A stretch of DNA of 64,000 nucleotides, taken from Turneriella sp. GTDB taxonomy: Bacteria > Spirochaetota > Leptospiria > Turneriellales > Turneriellaceae. Position numbers and translations under genes: made by a program. The stretch is taken from positions 1,440,001 through 1,504,000 of the forward strand of contig CBDIID010000003.1 of NCBI GenBank assembly GCA_965279515.1, read 5' to 3'. Shown in pieces: positions 1 through 9,209 of this stretch. Numbering within the stretch: position 1 is the stretch's first letter; each line of letters begins with the position of its first letter. The notes under the pieces are model-generated. The model was not told the DNA's origin and did no database searches. It worked only from the letters and a program-made list of their open reading frames with translations.

Positions 1-299
1 TTATCGATGGCCTCAGGCAAAGAATTGCCGAGCGCATTCAAAAGCTGAATGTCGCGCATGTTGTCGTCCTTCAGCTTCAGCGCTTTTTCGCGTGCATGCA
101 CCAGGTCGAGGTAAGTGGTCTCTTTGGCGCCGCTCTTATCGCCCTCGGTCGTCGCGTTTTTCGCGTCAGGCTTTTTACCTACGCCTGCCGAACCGCTGCT
201 TTTCGGCTTGACTGTATCCTGAGATGCCAGCGCATTTGCGCTTAGAAAAATGAGTGTCCCCAGCGTGGCGATGAAATGGATTTTACGAACAATTTGCAT
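1..299 (-). CDS. Exported hypothetical protein, 5' part (runs off window)
   Basis: Own translation from ATG at 299: MQIVRKIHFIATLGTLIFLSANALASQDTVKPK..., open to position 1; signal-peptide-like N-terminus. Confidence 0.7.
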   Translation of the reverse strand, partial: MQIVRKIHFIATLGTLIFLSANALASQDTVKPKSSGSAGVGKKPDAKNATTEGDKSGAKETTYLDLVHAREKALKLKDDNMRDIQLLNALGNSLPEAID

Positions 300-1080
300 A
301 GTCGTACCCTTTTCTGCGCGGCTGCACAGTCAACCAGAAACACCATCAACCATCCTCTCCCCCCTCCCTACAGCCGAAGGCGGAGAGGGGGGTGGGGTTT
401 TAGCGGCGGTCGACAACTACCAGCAACCCAATTTAGGCGAACGGGAACGCCGGCGCAAGCTTTCGGCGAACGACAAAGCGCTCGAAGCCTTTTTCGCGCG
501 CAACCTGCCCCTCGGCTGGAAGTTTGATTTCCAGGGGAAATCCCTCTCGCTGACACGCAATGCGCCCGTTTACCTGCTAACCATACCCACCGACGAATTC
601 CGGAATCTTTCCAAACCGGCATTATTGACGCTTGCCAAAAACCAGGGGAGAAAGCGCGAATGCACGATGGAGTTTCTCGTCGAGCGCCACGACGACATTG
701 CCCTGATACGGCAAAAGGTGCGCCTGTTCAAGGAAATCCGCGCCGACATCGCGAAGGCCTATGACCGCCTGAGACTCAAACACGTGTGCCGCGGATGGAC
801 TGCCCTGGAATGCTCGCTAACGCAGGGCGCCGGCCGCGACGCGGCGCTGGAATACCTGACGACGCGGAAGATTCTCGCGGAAAAACTGGAAGTTACGCCG
901 GTCTACCGCATCGGCACACTCTACCTTTACCCGAAAAAAAACCAGTGTGTGTTGCCCGCGCATGACTGGTACGTGACGAATACGCTGTTTCCCGAAAACG
1001 CGCGCATGCTGCCTTTCGAGGCGGGCGAAGAAGTGGAGATTATCCTGCGCAATATGCTGCAGCTGACGCTGTGGGAATAA
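271..1080 (+). CDS. Hypothetical exported protein with REP-like in-frame segment
   Basis: ORF 250..1080; ATG 271 gives MKWILRTICIVVPFSARLHS (signal-like); no family recognised. Confidence 0.6.
   Translation: MKWILRTICIVVPFSARLHSQPETPSTILSPLPTAEGGEGGGVLAAVDNYQQPNLGERERRRKLSANDKALEAFFARNLPLGWKFDFQGKSLSLTRNAPVYLLTIPTDEFRNLSKPALLTLAKNQGRKRECTMEFLVERHDDIALIRQKVRLFKEIRADIAKAYDRLRLKHVCRGWTALECSLTQGAGRDAALEYLTTRKILAEKLEVTPVYRIGTLYLYPKKNQCVLPAHDWYVTNTLFPENARMLPFEAGEEVEIILRNMLQLTLWE
354..399. repeat. Degenerate REP-like palindrome inside CDS
   Basis: CCTCTCCCCCCTCCCTACAGCCGAAGGCGGAGAGGGGGGTGGGGTT; shares GCC-GAA-GGC hairpin and GGGTGGGGT tail with 32696-32740. Confidence 0.55.
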
Positions 1081-1082
1081 CC

Positions 1083-1158
1083 AGGTAAGTTCTGAAAAAG
1101 ACAAAATTAGGAGCGCTTGGGGCATCGCGGCCGCGCATAACTTTTTCAGAACTTACCT
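1083..1158. mobile_element. MITE-like element with 18-bp perfect terminal inverted repeats
   Basis: AGGTAAGTTCTGAAAAAG (1083-1100) and CTTTTTCAGAACTTACCT (1141-1158), 40-bp spacer, between convergent genes. Confidence 0.55.
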
Positions 1159-3217
1159 AGCGTTGCAAAAACTTTAACAGTTCGGCAAACGGCATCGGCC
1201 GCGCGAGCAAAAAGCCCTGCATGATATCACAGCCATGCGAACGCAGATAATCCCGCTGCTCGCTTGTCTCGACACCTTCGGCGATCACCTTGAGGCGCAG
1301 GTTGTGGGCGAGGCCAATAATCGTCTGGACAATCGCTGCGTCGTCGGCATCGTCCATGATGTCGCGCACAAAGGATTGGTCAATTTTCAGATAATCAATC
1401 TTCAGCTGGCGCAGGTAACTCAGCGATGAGTAGCCGGTGCCGAAATCGTCGATGGAAAATTTTACGCCGAGATCCGAAAGCCGGCGCATCGTCGTAACTG
1501 ACTTCTGCGTATCCTGCATCAGTATACTCTCGGTAACCTCCAGCTCGAGGTGGTTCGGCTGAATGCCGTTTTTTTCCACAATCGCCTCGACCAGTTCGCA
1601 AAACTGCGGATGCTGAATCTGCGTGGCGCTGACATTGACAGAAATTCTCAGCGATTCAAAACCCGCCTGTTTCAGGTCGCGGAAACGCCCTGCCACTTCG
1701 CTCATCACCCAGGCGCCGACTTCGGGAATCTGTCCCGATTCTTCGGCGACCGGGATAAACCGCGCCGGTGACACCGCGCCCCATTCGGGATGGTTCCAGC
1801 GCAGCAGCGCCTCACAGGATTCTATTTTTCCGCTGGCGAAATTCAGTTGCGGCTGGTAATGGACTTCGAGCTCACCGCGAACGATAGCCTGCCGCAAAGC
1901 CGTTTCAATTTCGAGGCGCTCGTGCGTGACCCGGTTTAACTCCTCCGAAAAATACTGGAACTGGTTGCGCCCGCTCTCTTTGGCATGGTACATGGCGATG
2001 TCCGAATTCTTGAGCAGCTTCTCCTGCGTCGCACCGTCACGCGGATAGACGGCGATGCCGATGCTGACCGAAGCCTGCATCGACGCCTGAGCCAGGTGAA
2101 AGGGTGCTGCGAGCGCATCGCAGATTTTATGCGCCACATGCGCCGCCTCTTCGGGATGAATAAGCTCATGCAGCAGTATGATAAACTCGTCACCGCCCTG
2201 GCGCGAGACGGTATCGATGCTTTTGACGGACTGCGTCAAACGGCGGGCAACTTCTTTCAGGAACAGGTCGCCGTGCTGGTGCCCGAACGAATCGTTAATT
2301 TTCTTAAAATGATCCACGTCGAGAAACAACAGGGCAAATATCGCCTGGTGCGTTTCGGCAAGGGCAATCGTTTGCGCAAGCCTGTCTTCAAACAGCGCAC
2401 GGTTAGGCAGCCCTGTCAGAATATCGTGCTGTCCTAAATAACGTATCTTCTCTTCAGCGCGTTTACTTTCGGTGATATCGCGCGCCACCAGCACGATCGA
2501 ATCTTCATTGAGTTTCGAAAGTTTTGCCGCAAACCAGATCTCCTTGCCGTTGATGTCGAGCGTGTAGCGGATCTCCACAGGTTCATTCGATGCCAGCGTG
2601 GATTTAACATGCCGCAGGAAATAATCCGCCTGATCGGCCGGAAAAACATCATGCAGCGTCATTCCCAGCAGCTGATCGGACGGCCGGTAGAGCAGGTCAG
2701 AATTGGTCGCCGCGATTTCGATATAACGCCCGCCTTTATCGAGCACCAGAATCACATCAGTAATCGCTGCAAACAGCGAACGCAGTTTGTTTTCACTTTT
2801 CCTTAAGGCGCTCTCGGCCTGTTTGCGTGCGGTGATGTCGCGGGCCACGACGAGAGTTGAAAAATGCCCGTTGTAAACAGTACCCGAACTCGAGACTTCG
2901 ACGTCTACCCGGGTGCCGTCAAAACGCACGAACTCCATCTCTGCGACGGGCAGCTTGTAATCGCCCTCACGGACTTTTTTGATCCGCTCAGAAACGAGAC
3001 CGCGGTATTCCGGTGCCGGAATATTCAGCACATCCATACCCATCATCTGATCGAGCGAGGCGCCCATAAGCTGGAGGCAGGCAGGATTCGCATAGGCCAG
3101 CATACCTGAGTAATGGACAAAGATCGCCTCGCGCGAAGACTCGACGATGCTGCGAAAACGATGCTCGCTTTCGTGCAATGCCAATTCGGCAGTTTTAATG
3201 ATATCTTCTGAAGCCAT
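1157..3217 (-). CDS. PAS-PAS-GGDEF-EAL diguanylate cyclase/phosphodiesterase
   Basis: Two PAS repeats (RDIT.RK), HDILTGLPNR, GGDEF, EALLRW, DDFGTGYSSL, AEGVET. Confidence 0.95.
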   Translation of the reverse strand: MASEDIIKTAELALHESEHRFRSIVESSREAIFVHYSGMLAYANPACLQLMGASLDQMMGMDVLNIPAPEYRGLVSERIKKVREGDYKLPVAEMEFVRFDGTRVDVEVSSSGTVYNGHFSTLVVARDITARKQAESALRKSENKLRSLFAAITDVILVLDKGGRYIEIAATNSDLLYRPSDQLLGMTLHDVFPADQADYFLRHVKSTLASNEPVEIRYTLDINGKEIWFAAKLSKLNEDSIVLVARDITESKRAEEKIRYLGQHDILTGLPNRALFEDRLAQTIALAETHQAIFALLFLDVDHFKKINDSFGHQHGDLFLKEVARRLTQSVKSIDTVSRQGGDEFIILLHELIHPEEAAHVAHKICDALAAPFHLAQASMQASVSIGIAVYPRDGATQEKLLKNSDIAMYHAKESGRNQFQYFSEELNRVTHERLEIETALRQAIVRGELEVHYQPQLNFASGKIESCEALLRWNHPEWGAVSPARFIPVAEESGQIPEVGAWVMSEVAGRFRDLKQAGFESLRISVNVSATQIQHPQFCELVEAIVEKNGIQPNHLELEVTESILMQDTQKSVTTMRRLSDLGVKFSIDDFGTGYSSLSYLRQLKIDYLKIDQSFVRDIMDDADDAAIVQTIIGLAHNLRLKVIAEGVETSEQRDYLRSHGCDIMQGFLLARPMPFAELLKFLQR

Positions 3218-3306
3218 CTAGGATTACGCAGCTGCCGGGCTTATGCTGTGATTGGACAGCAATTGCCATGCCGGGAATAAAACGACAAGATTCTGACCCG
3301 AACCTG

Positions 3307-3912
3307 CTACATTGCGGTCATGCGTGAATGGCCGGTAAGCTTCTCCATTTCGCCCAGCCACTTGCGAACATGCGGATAATCCGCAAGGTCAAAACCACCC
3401 TGATCGGCGACATGCGTATAGGCATAGAGAGCAATATCGGCAATCGAAGCCGTTGCCGCTCCGAACCAATGATGTTCGCGCAGGTGATCATCCATGATCG
3501 AAAGAGCCTTATACCCTTTCGGTAAATTGGCGTCATACTCGGCGCGGCGTTCCGCTATGGTGTTAGTAATACTTTGTATTGCCCGGTTCACGGCAATGCG
3601 GGGTTCGTGATCGTACTGCTCGAAGAACATCCATTGCAACACGTGCGCCTGCGACAGCTTATCCTGCGGCCAGAAGGAGCTACCCTGCGCGAAGTAATAG
3701 AGAATCGCGTTCGACTCGGGTAGATATGAACCGTCTTCAAGCTGCACCAGCGGTACGCGCGCATTCGGGTTCATTTTTTTGAACTCCCCGGTTTGCGTTG
3801 CCTTGTGCCGGGTATCAGTCTCAATCCACTCGTAGTGAATCTTCAGATAGTCGAGAATGAGTTTTACCTTATGGCAGTTTCCCGACGAAGACATTCCCCA
3901 GACGCGTATCAT
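3307..3912 (-). CDS. Glutathione S-transferase family protein
   Basis: SGNCHKV, NPNARVP, LPESNAILYY, SIADIALYAYTH. Confidence 0.92.
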   Translation of the reverse strand: MIRVWGMSSSGNCHKVKLILDYLKIHYEWIETDTRHKATQTGEFKKMNPNARVPLVQLEDGSYLPESNAILYYFAQGSSFWPQDKLSQAHVLQWMFFEQYDHEPRIAVNRAIQSITNTIAERRAEYDANLPKGYKALSIMDDHLREHHWFGAATASIADIALYAYTHVADQGGFDLADYPHVRKWLGEMEKLTGHSRMTAM

Positions 3913-4802
3913 GGCCGGAGCAGAACCTCTTTACGCGCGCACTGAGCCTGCGAACCCGTGGGTTCGCTGCCCATGTATGCCTGGCAGCTAAAAGTAAAGT
4001 TTGTCAGTGCCTCGCGCATGGGATGATCGCCGAGTTTGCCTTCGGCCTTGAGCTTCTCTGCCTTATCGAGCACGTCGTCGATGTATGAACCGAGGCAGCG
4101 CAAAACCAACGTACGCGCAGAGTAAGCGGCATAGCGCGGTTTTTCATGATCGAGATTTTTTTTCGCCCATTCGCAGATGACTTCCTTTTCCTTTTCGGAA
4201 TAGTTGTACATGTATTCGGGCGCATTGAAGGCTGCATCGGCGAGATATTCCCGTTTCGTATCGGTGGCTGCTTTTTTGATGCGGTCGAAATTTCTCAGCC
4301 GGCCCTGATACAACGCGTGCCGGTAACCTTCATTGCGCGTGGCATTTTGCGGATGGGCGTCGAGCACCTTGAAAAGTGCTGCGTCTTTCTTTTGCAATGT
4401 GGCGAGCACCGTGGTGAGCTCGGCCGCATAATAAGAGGCATAAGTCTTGTTTTGCTCCAGGCCTTTGATAAATGTGTCGGCAGTTTTCGGGCTCACCAGT
4501 TTGGGGTTTTTCAGGGCATCGCCGAGCGAGGTGCGGTAGTTATAGATATAACTCATCGTTGCCGCGGATAGTTTTTCATCTTTTGAGGCGAAAGCATTGC
4601 CGAGGTCAGGCAATGACTTCACCATGCCGTCGGCGTCGATGATTGCCTTGACTTTGCCATCTTCACCGTCGGGGCAAGAGCTGACCGAGGCATACTGCAG
4701 ATCGATTGTGCATTTTTCGCCAACAGCTTTCAGCGCGTCAGAGAGGGGTGAGGCAGAGAGGGAGGAAAAAAGCAGGGGAAACCCTAACAGATATTTAAGC
4801 AT
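3909..4802 (-). CDS. Secreted hypothetical protein
   Basis: 297-aa ORF with signal peptide MLKYLLGFPLLFSSLSA; ATGA overlap with GST gene. Confidence 0.8.
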   Translation of the reverse strand: MLKYLLGFPLLFSSLSASPLSDALKAVGEKCTIDLQYASVSSCPDGEDGKVKAIIDADGMVKSLPDLGNAFASKDEKLSAATMSYIYNYRTSLGDALKNPKLVSPKTADTFIKGLEQNKTYASYYAAELTTVLATLQKKDAALFKVLDAHPQNATRNEGYRHALYQGRLRNFDRIKKAATDTKREYLADAAFNAPEYMYNYSEKEKEVICEWAKKNLDHEKPRYAAYSARTLVLRCLGSYIDDVLDKAEKLKAEGKLGDHPMREALTNFTFSCQAYMGSEPTGSQAQCARKEVLLRP

Positions 4803-4899
4803 ATGTCAGGTTTTGAAAATTTGGATGAGAAGGCAAGTGAAGCAGCGGGATAAGCAGCGGGATAAAAGAAGTTTTGCGCACAAGCTCGCACTATGGCTT

Positions 4900-5014
4900 T
4901 AACCACCCCGCCCCTGCGGGGCACCCCTCCGGAGGAGGGGAATGCTTCGGAAAAAGCTTTGTCCCAAACTTCCCCTCCTATGGAGGGGTGTCAGGCGAAG
5001 CCTGACGGGGTGGT
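4900..5014. repeat. REP-like inverted doublet, copy 1
   Basis: AACCACCCCG[hairpin]CACCCCTCC-GGA-GGAGGGGAA, spacer, then TTCCCCTCC-TAT-GGAGGGGTG[TCAGGC-GAA-GCCTGA]CGGGGTGGT. Confidence 0.9.
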
Positions 5015-5029
5015 CACACGATGTAGGCG

Positions 5030-5055
5030 GTCAGGCGAAGCCTGACGGGGTGGTT
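5030..5055. repeat. Extra partial copy of right REP end
   Basis: GTCAGGCGAAGCCTGACGGGGTGGT repeated 40 bp after 4990-5014. Confidence 0.85.
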
Positions 5056-5128
5056 CATCCACGGAATTCGCAGACCTAAAATTCTCTTGAACAATAAGAT
5101 TAGAGTATGCAACCGGCCAAAGACGACC

Positions 5129-5506
5129 ATGCGTCACACGGGTAAGTATAAGTCGCTACCGTTTAATCCAAAACTCAAGCAACGCGCGAAAGAACTGCGG
5201 CGTGCTGGAAATTTACCTGAGGTATTACTTTGGAATCAACTCAAGAAAAAACAATTGCTCGGTCTTGACTTTGACCGACAAAAGATCATTGGCAACTATA
5301 TTGTCGATTTTTACTGTGCAGAAAAATCCGTCGTTCTGGAAGTGGATGGCAGTAGCCATAACGGAAAACAGGAATACGACGCGCAACGCGATGCTTTCTT
5401 CACGAGCCTGAATCTTAAAGTATTGCATATTACGGCTGACGATGTTAAAAACAATCTCTCACAAGTGATTGAGTTTTTACAAAATCACCCCGCGTTATGC
5501 TTCTAA
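5129..5506 (+). CDS. DUF559 (Vsr-like) endonuclease domain protein
   Basis: RAKELRR...EVLLWNQL...FDRQKIIGNYIVDFYC...LEVDGSSH...YDAQRD; ATG at 5129 within ORF 5087..5506. Confidence 0.9.
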   Translation: MRHTGKYKSLPFNPKLKQRAKELRRAGNLPEVLLWNQLKKKQLLGLDFDRQKIIGNYIVDFYCAEKSVVLEVDGSSHNGKQEYDAQRDAFFTSLNLKVLHITADDVKNNLSQVIEFLQNHPALCF

Positions 5507-5620
5507 CCACCCCGCCCCTACGGGGCACCCCTCCGGAGGAGGGGAATGCTTCGGAAAAAGCTTTGTCCCAAACTTCCCCTCTTATGGAGGGGTGGCAGGC
5601 GAAGCCTGACGGGGTGGTTA
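5504..5620. repeat. REP-like inverted doublet, copy 2
   Basis: TAACCACCCCG...CGGGGTGGTTA perfect 11-bp terminal IR; near-identical to 4900-5014. Confidence 0.9.
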
Positions 5621-7027
5621 CTGATGAATCGCCCAACCGCCATTATTCTCCGCGGCATCTTTGATAATTTCGCTGAGCGTCGGGTGCGCATGGCAGGTGC
5701 GCGCCACGTCTTCGGCTGACGCGCCGAACTCCATCGCGAGTGTTAACTCGGCGATGAGCTCCGACGCGCGCGCGCCGACGATGTAGGCGCCCAGCAGGCG
5801 ATCTGTTGTTTTATCGGACAACAATTTTAGCTGGCCATCGCCTTCCATCATCGCCTTCGCGCGGCCGTTGGGTTTAAAGAACGAGCGACCGATTTTATAT
5901 TCGATGCCCTTTTCTTTCAGCTCTTCTTCGCCGAGACCCACCCACGCCACTTCGGGATGCGTGTAGACGACGCCCGGTATCGCATCGTAATTCACATGAC
6001 CCGCCTGGCCCGCCATCACTTCGACGCAGGCCACGCCCTCTTCCATCGCCTTGTGCGCGAGCATCGGCCCGTTGATACAATCGCCGATCGCATAAACCGA
6101 AGGCACCGAAGTCTGGTAGGTATGCATATCGACCGCGATGCGGCCGCGTTCGGTGAGTTTCACACCCACCTTGTCGAGGCCGAGATTTTCGAGGTAAGGC
6201 TTGCGGCCCACCGCGCAGAGAATCACATCGCCTTCAAAGGTTTTGGTTTCACCAGCAGGATTTTTCACCGTGACGATGCCGCCCTTACCCTTGACTTCGG
6301 CCTTTTCCACCTTGTGCTCGAAAAAGAATTCGATGCCCTGCTGCTCCAGAATGCGTTGCGCAAGACTGGACATCTGCCTGTCGGCCGTACCGAAGAGCCG
6401 CGGCAAAAATTCGATCACGCTGACTTTTGCGCCAAGACGGCGCCAGACCGAACCCAGCTCTAACCCAATCACGCCCGCACCGATCACAATCATGTGCTGC
6501 GGTACCTTCGGCAGCGCAATCGCATGATCTGAGGTAATAATGACTTTGCCGTCGACCGGCACCGTTGGCAATTCGATGGGGATAGACCCCGTCGCTAAAA
6601 TTATTTTTTTAGCCTTGAGAGTTTCAACAACAGACTTGTCGGCCGGGTTTATCACCTGAACTTCCGTCGGCGACGTGAGACTGCCGAAGCCGACAAAACG
6701 TTCGATCTTGTTCTTTTTCATGAGAAAGTCAACGCCGCCGGTAACTTCGGAGACAACCTTATCTTTGCGTTTCAGCATTTGCGCCACATCCATTTTGACA
6801 TCTTTTGCGGAAATGCCGTGCTCGCCGAAATGTTTCAGCGCGTTCTCATAGTGCTCGCTCGAATCCAATAGGGCTTTGGAAGGGATACATCCGACATTGA
6901 GGCATGTGCCGCCCATGGTCGCGCGCTTTTCGACAATGGCAACGCTCATCTTCAGCTGCGCCGCGCGTATGGCCGAAACATAACCTGCAGGGCCGCCGCC
7001 GATCACGACAAGATCAAATTCTTTCAT
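5618..7027 (-). CDS. lpdA: Dihydrolipoamide dehydrogenase (E3)
   Basis: [22 protein letters not shown] redox motif, [16 protein letters not shown]. Confidence 0.97.
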   Translation of the reverse strand: MKEFDLVVIGGGPAGYVSAIRAAQLKMSVAIVEKRATMGGTCLNVGCIPSKALLDSSEHYENALKHFGEHGISAKDVKMDVAQMLKRKDKVVSEVTGGVDFLMKKNKIERFVGFGSLTSPTEVQVINPADKSVVETLKAKKIILATGSIPIELPTVPVDGKVIITSDHAIALPKVPQHMIVIGAGVIGLELGSVWRRLGAKVSVIEFLPRLFGTADRQMSSLAQRILEQQGIEFFFEHKVEKAEVKGKGGIVTVKNPAGETKTFEGDVILCAVGRKPYLENLGLDKVGVKLTERGRIAVDMHTYQTSVPSVYAIGDCINGPMLAHKAMEEGVACVEVMAGQAGHVNYDAIPGVVYTHPEVAWVGLGEEELKEKGIEYKIGRSFFKPNGRAKAMMEGDGQLKLLSDKTTDRLLGAYIVGARASELIAELTLAMEFGASAEDVARTCHAHPTLSEIIKDAAENNGGWAIHQ

Positions 7028-7086
7028 AATCAACCGTCACCGGGACCCGCGATAAGCAGGCAATGAATCTAAAGGAAGAGCGGGGA

Positions 7087-8442
7087 TTAAATGCGGTAAC
7101 GGGCGTAAAAGTCCAGAAGCCAGTATTTTCCCGCTTCGAGCAAAAGCGGCGCCCTCTGGTAGGTCAGGACATCCTGGCTGCCATACTCGATGTCGCCGAT
7201 CAGGACATTGGATACCTTTGCACCAAGAAAGACTTTTTCTTCCAGCGTCAAGGCGATGGCAAGGCTCAACAGGTCATTGCCTGAACGGACAGGGTTATAG
7301 CCCTTCCCGGCGTAGCCGTTTTCATAAAAGACCAGCAGTATTTCATTGCGCAGCGTAAGACGAATCGCTTTCCAGGGGGAGACATCCACCTCTTGTAAAA
7401 AATAAAACCCCACGGAACGCCCCGGATAGAGATAAAAGTTATAGGGTTGGTTGTTATAACGCTGGTCCGTCGTGAGATCGGTGAAATAATAAAAATGCGA
7501 GCGGCGCTGCTTTTCGTAGAAATCGGTCGCCTCGGCGCCATAATAACGCACCTGGTTCGAAAGCAACAAACGGTCGAAGATGCCCCAGAATTTCGACCGT
7601 GCATAATCAACGCCCAGAACACCCGAAACTGTTTTTTCGTTAACGTTAAAACCCCGGCTGAAAGTTACAGAGGATAAATCCAGAAAGCGCGGCACGCCTC
7701 CGTAGTTTTGCCCGGTGTAATACGCCTGCATGCCTGTCGGACGGTAGAGATACGAAACACCGCCTTCATAGTAGAGACGCAGCGAATCAAACAGCGTGAT
7801 CTCTCCGGCGATACCGGGCACGATGCGGTTGCCCACGGGCGTGTTGATTTCAGACAGGGCACCGATGCCGATGATTTTCTTCGGGCCGTAAATGTACAGG
7901 CTCTGGACGTCGTCGCCTTCATAATAACCATAGCCGAGCACCGCGGCTTCGACGCTCAAATACCTAAAATCGGCGTTGAACTGAAAGCCGACACCGGTAA
8001 ACTGAGAATAGAAGAGTCCCTGACCGTGACGGAACATAGGCAATGAACCCGCAAGCACGCGGATGTTGTGCCCGCTGTCGGGCAGACCTTCGATGGGGAT
8101 CAACTGCCCGAGCGTGCCCTCAAAACTCATTTGCGGAAAGGCGCGCATGATGAAAGGCGCATCGGTGAGATTCGCAGACATCGTGCGCTTCTGCAGCGTG
8201 GCCAGCGCACTGACATTAAAATGGGGCACGACCTGGTAATTGCCATAAAACTGAAACCAGGCATACGAATGCCGCGCGGGCAGGCTCCGGACTTCACTGC
8301 TGGTTCCTAAGGCATTCGTATAGGTGATAAAACCTTCGCTGCCGAAATTCCATTTCTCGGGACCAGCTTTCGGCGTGAGGCGATCCCAGCTGGTATCGAG
8401 TTTGCCGAAATCGGCGGCGATGAGGCTTGTGCCAGCCAACAC
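7087..8442 (-). CDS. Hypothetical outer-membrane beta-barrel-like protein
   Basis: 451-aa aromatic-rich ORF with beta-strand pattern; signal peptide may extend to ATT at 8469. Confidence 0.7.
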   Translation of the reverse strand: MLAGTSLIAADFGKLDTSWDRLTPKAGPEKWNFGSEGFITYTNALGTSSEVRSLPARHSYAWFQFYGNYQVVPHFNVSALATLQKRTMSANLTDAPFIMRAFPQMSFEGTLGQLIPIEGLPDSGHNIRVLAGSLPMFRHGQGLFYSQFTGVGFQFNADFRYLSVEAAVLGYGYYEGDDVQSLYIYGPKKIIGIGALSEINTPVGNRIVPGIAGEITLFDSLRLYYEGGVSYLYRPTGMQAYYTGQNYGGVPRFLDLSSVTFSRGFNVNEKTVSGVLGVDYARSKFWGIFDRLLLSNQVRYYGAEATDFYEKQRRSHFYYFTDLTTDQRYNNQPYNFYLYPGRSVGFYFLQEVDVSPWKAIRLTLRNEILLVFYENGYAGKGYNPVRSGNDLLSLAIALTLEEKVFLGAKVSNVLIGDIEYGSQDVLTYQRAPLLLEAGKYWLLDFYARYRI

Positions 8443-8464
8443 GAAGAGAACGAGAGCTGGATAC

Positions 8465-9022
8465 CTAATAGCAGGCCTCGGTGAATATCAAATTCTGAAA
8501 CTGCAGGGCCTGCGACACCGAGGTATTCTCGTCGGGTAGGGTTGTATTGGCGGTAATCTGCGTCGTAGCCGTCGATGTGCGCGACAAGGTAACCGTTCCC
8601 GAGCCCCTGAGGGTCGCATTGTAATAGCCTGCGACATATTTTTCACTGCTGCAATTGTAATAATCGGCGCACGTTACGGCAGATAACCAGACCTCGGGGT
8701 TGCCTGTGGCGATCGTCTTCACTCCGTAAGCGGAAGATGCGAGATTGATCGTCAGCGAAAAAAAACCGGTCCCGACGATTACCTGCCGCATCGACGATGC
8801 GCTGACAGGCACAGCCGGCGTGACAATGGCTGTGCCGCTCAGGGCCAGCCCGTTCAGATTACCTGAATAATCGAAGTAGGATTCATACGAAGAATCGATA
8901 TCAAACGCTGAGCCGCAAGTAATGCGCGAGCGGGAGTTTTGAGTTGGCGTATCAATGGCACAGCCCGACGCCAGAAGTAAAAGCACGTTGAAAACCAGCA
9001 TGGTGAGAAAAAGCCTCTTCAT
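8465..9022 (-). CDS. Ser/Thr-rich lipoprotein
   Basis: MKRLFLTMLVFNVLLLLASG-C lipobox from ATG 9022. Confidence 0.75.
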   Translation of the reverse strand: MKRLFLTMLVFNVLLLLASGCAIDTPTQNSRSRITCGSAFDIDSSYESYFDYSGNLNGLALSGTAIVTPAVPVSASSMRQVIVGTGFFSLTINLASSAYGVKTIATGNPEVWLSAVTCADYYNCSSEKYVAGYYNATLRGSGTVTLSRTSTATTQITANTTLPDENTSVSQALQFQNLIFTEACY

Positions 9023-9209
9023 GCATGATTTATGCAGTGCGATGTGCAGCGCCACTAGGGTCTTAGCTGATAACCAGCTTTCCGCGTCGCGCCGAAAAAT
9101 TGCCCGGCTGGCGATGACGCATGGCATAATCTAATATGTTGGATAACTTATTTATAATAAATTGAGAATAGTTCGGGAACCCGCAGAGTGCTGCACAGGT
9201 CGGTATCGT

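Larger units (their letters stand above)
4900..5620 (+). mobile_element. Putative REP-doublet-flanked DUF559 endonuclease cassette
   Basis: 115-bp direct repeats (4900-5014, 5504-5618; 3 mismatches) enclosing one AT-richer nuclease gene. Confidence 0.65.

Noticed and set aside
4840..4863. 12-bp tandem repeat AAGCAGCGGGAT x2
   Set aside because: Two copies only; most simply a local slippage duplication.
4900..5620. CRISPR array interpretation of the repeats
   Set aside because: Only two long copies enclosing a gene, no regular repeat-spacer periodicity, no cas genes.
5445..5636. 63-aa minus-strand ORF
   Set aside because: It is simply the REP doublet translated, overlapping both convergent genes.
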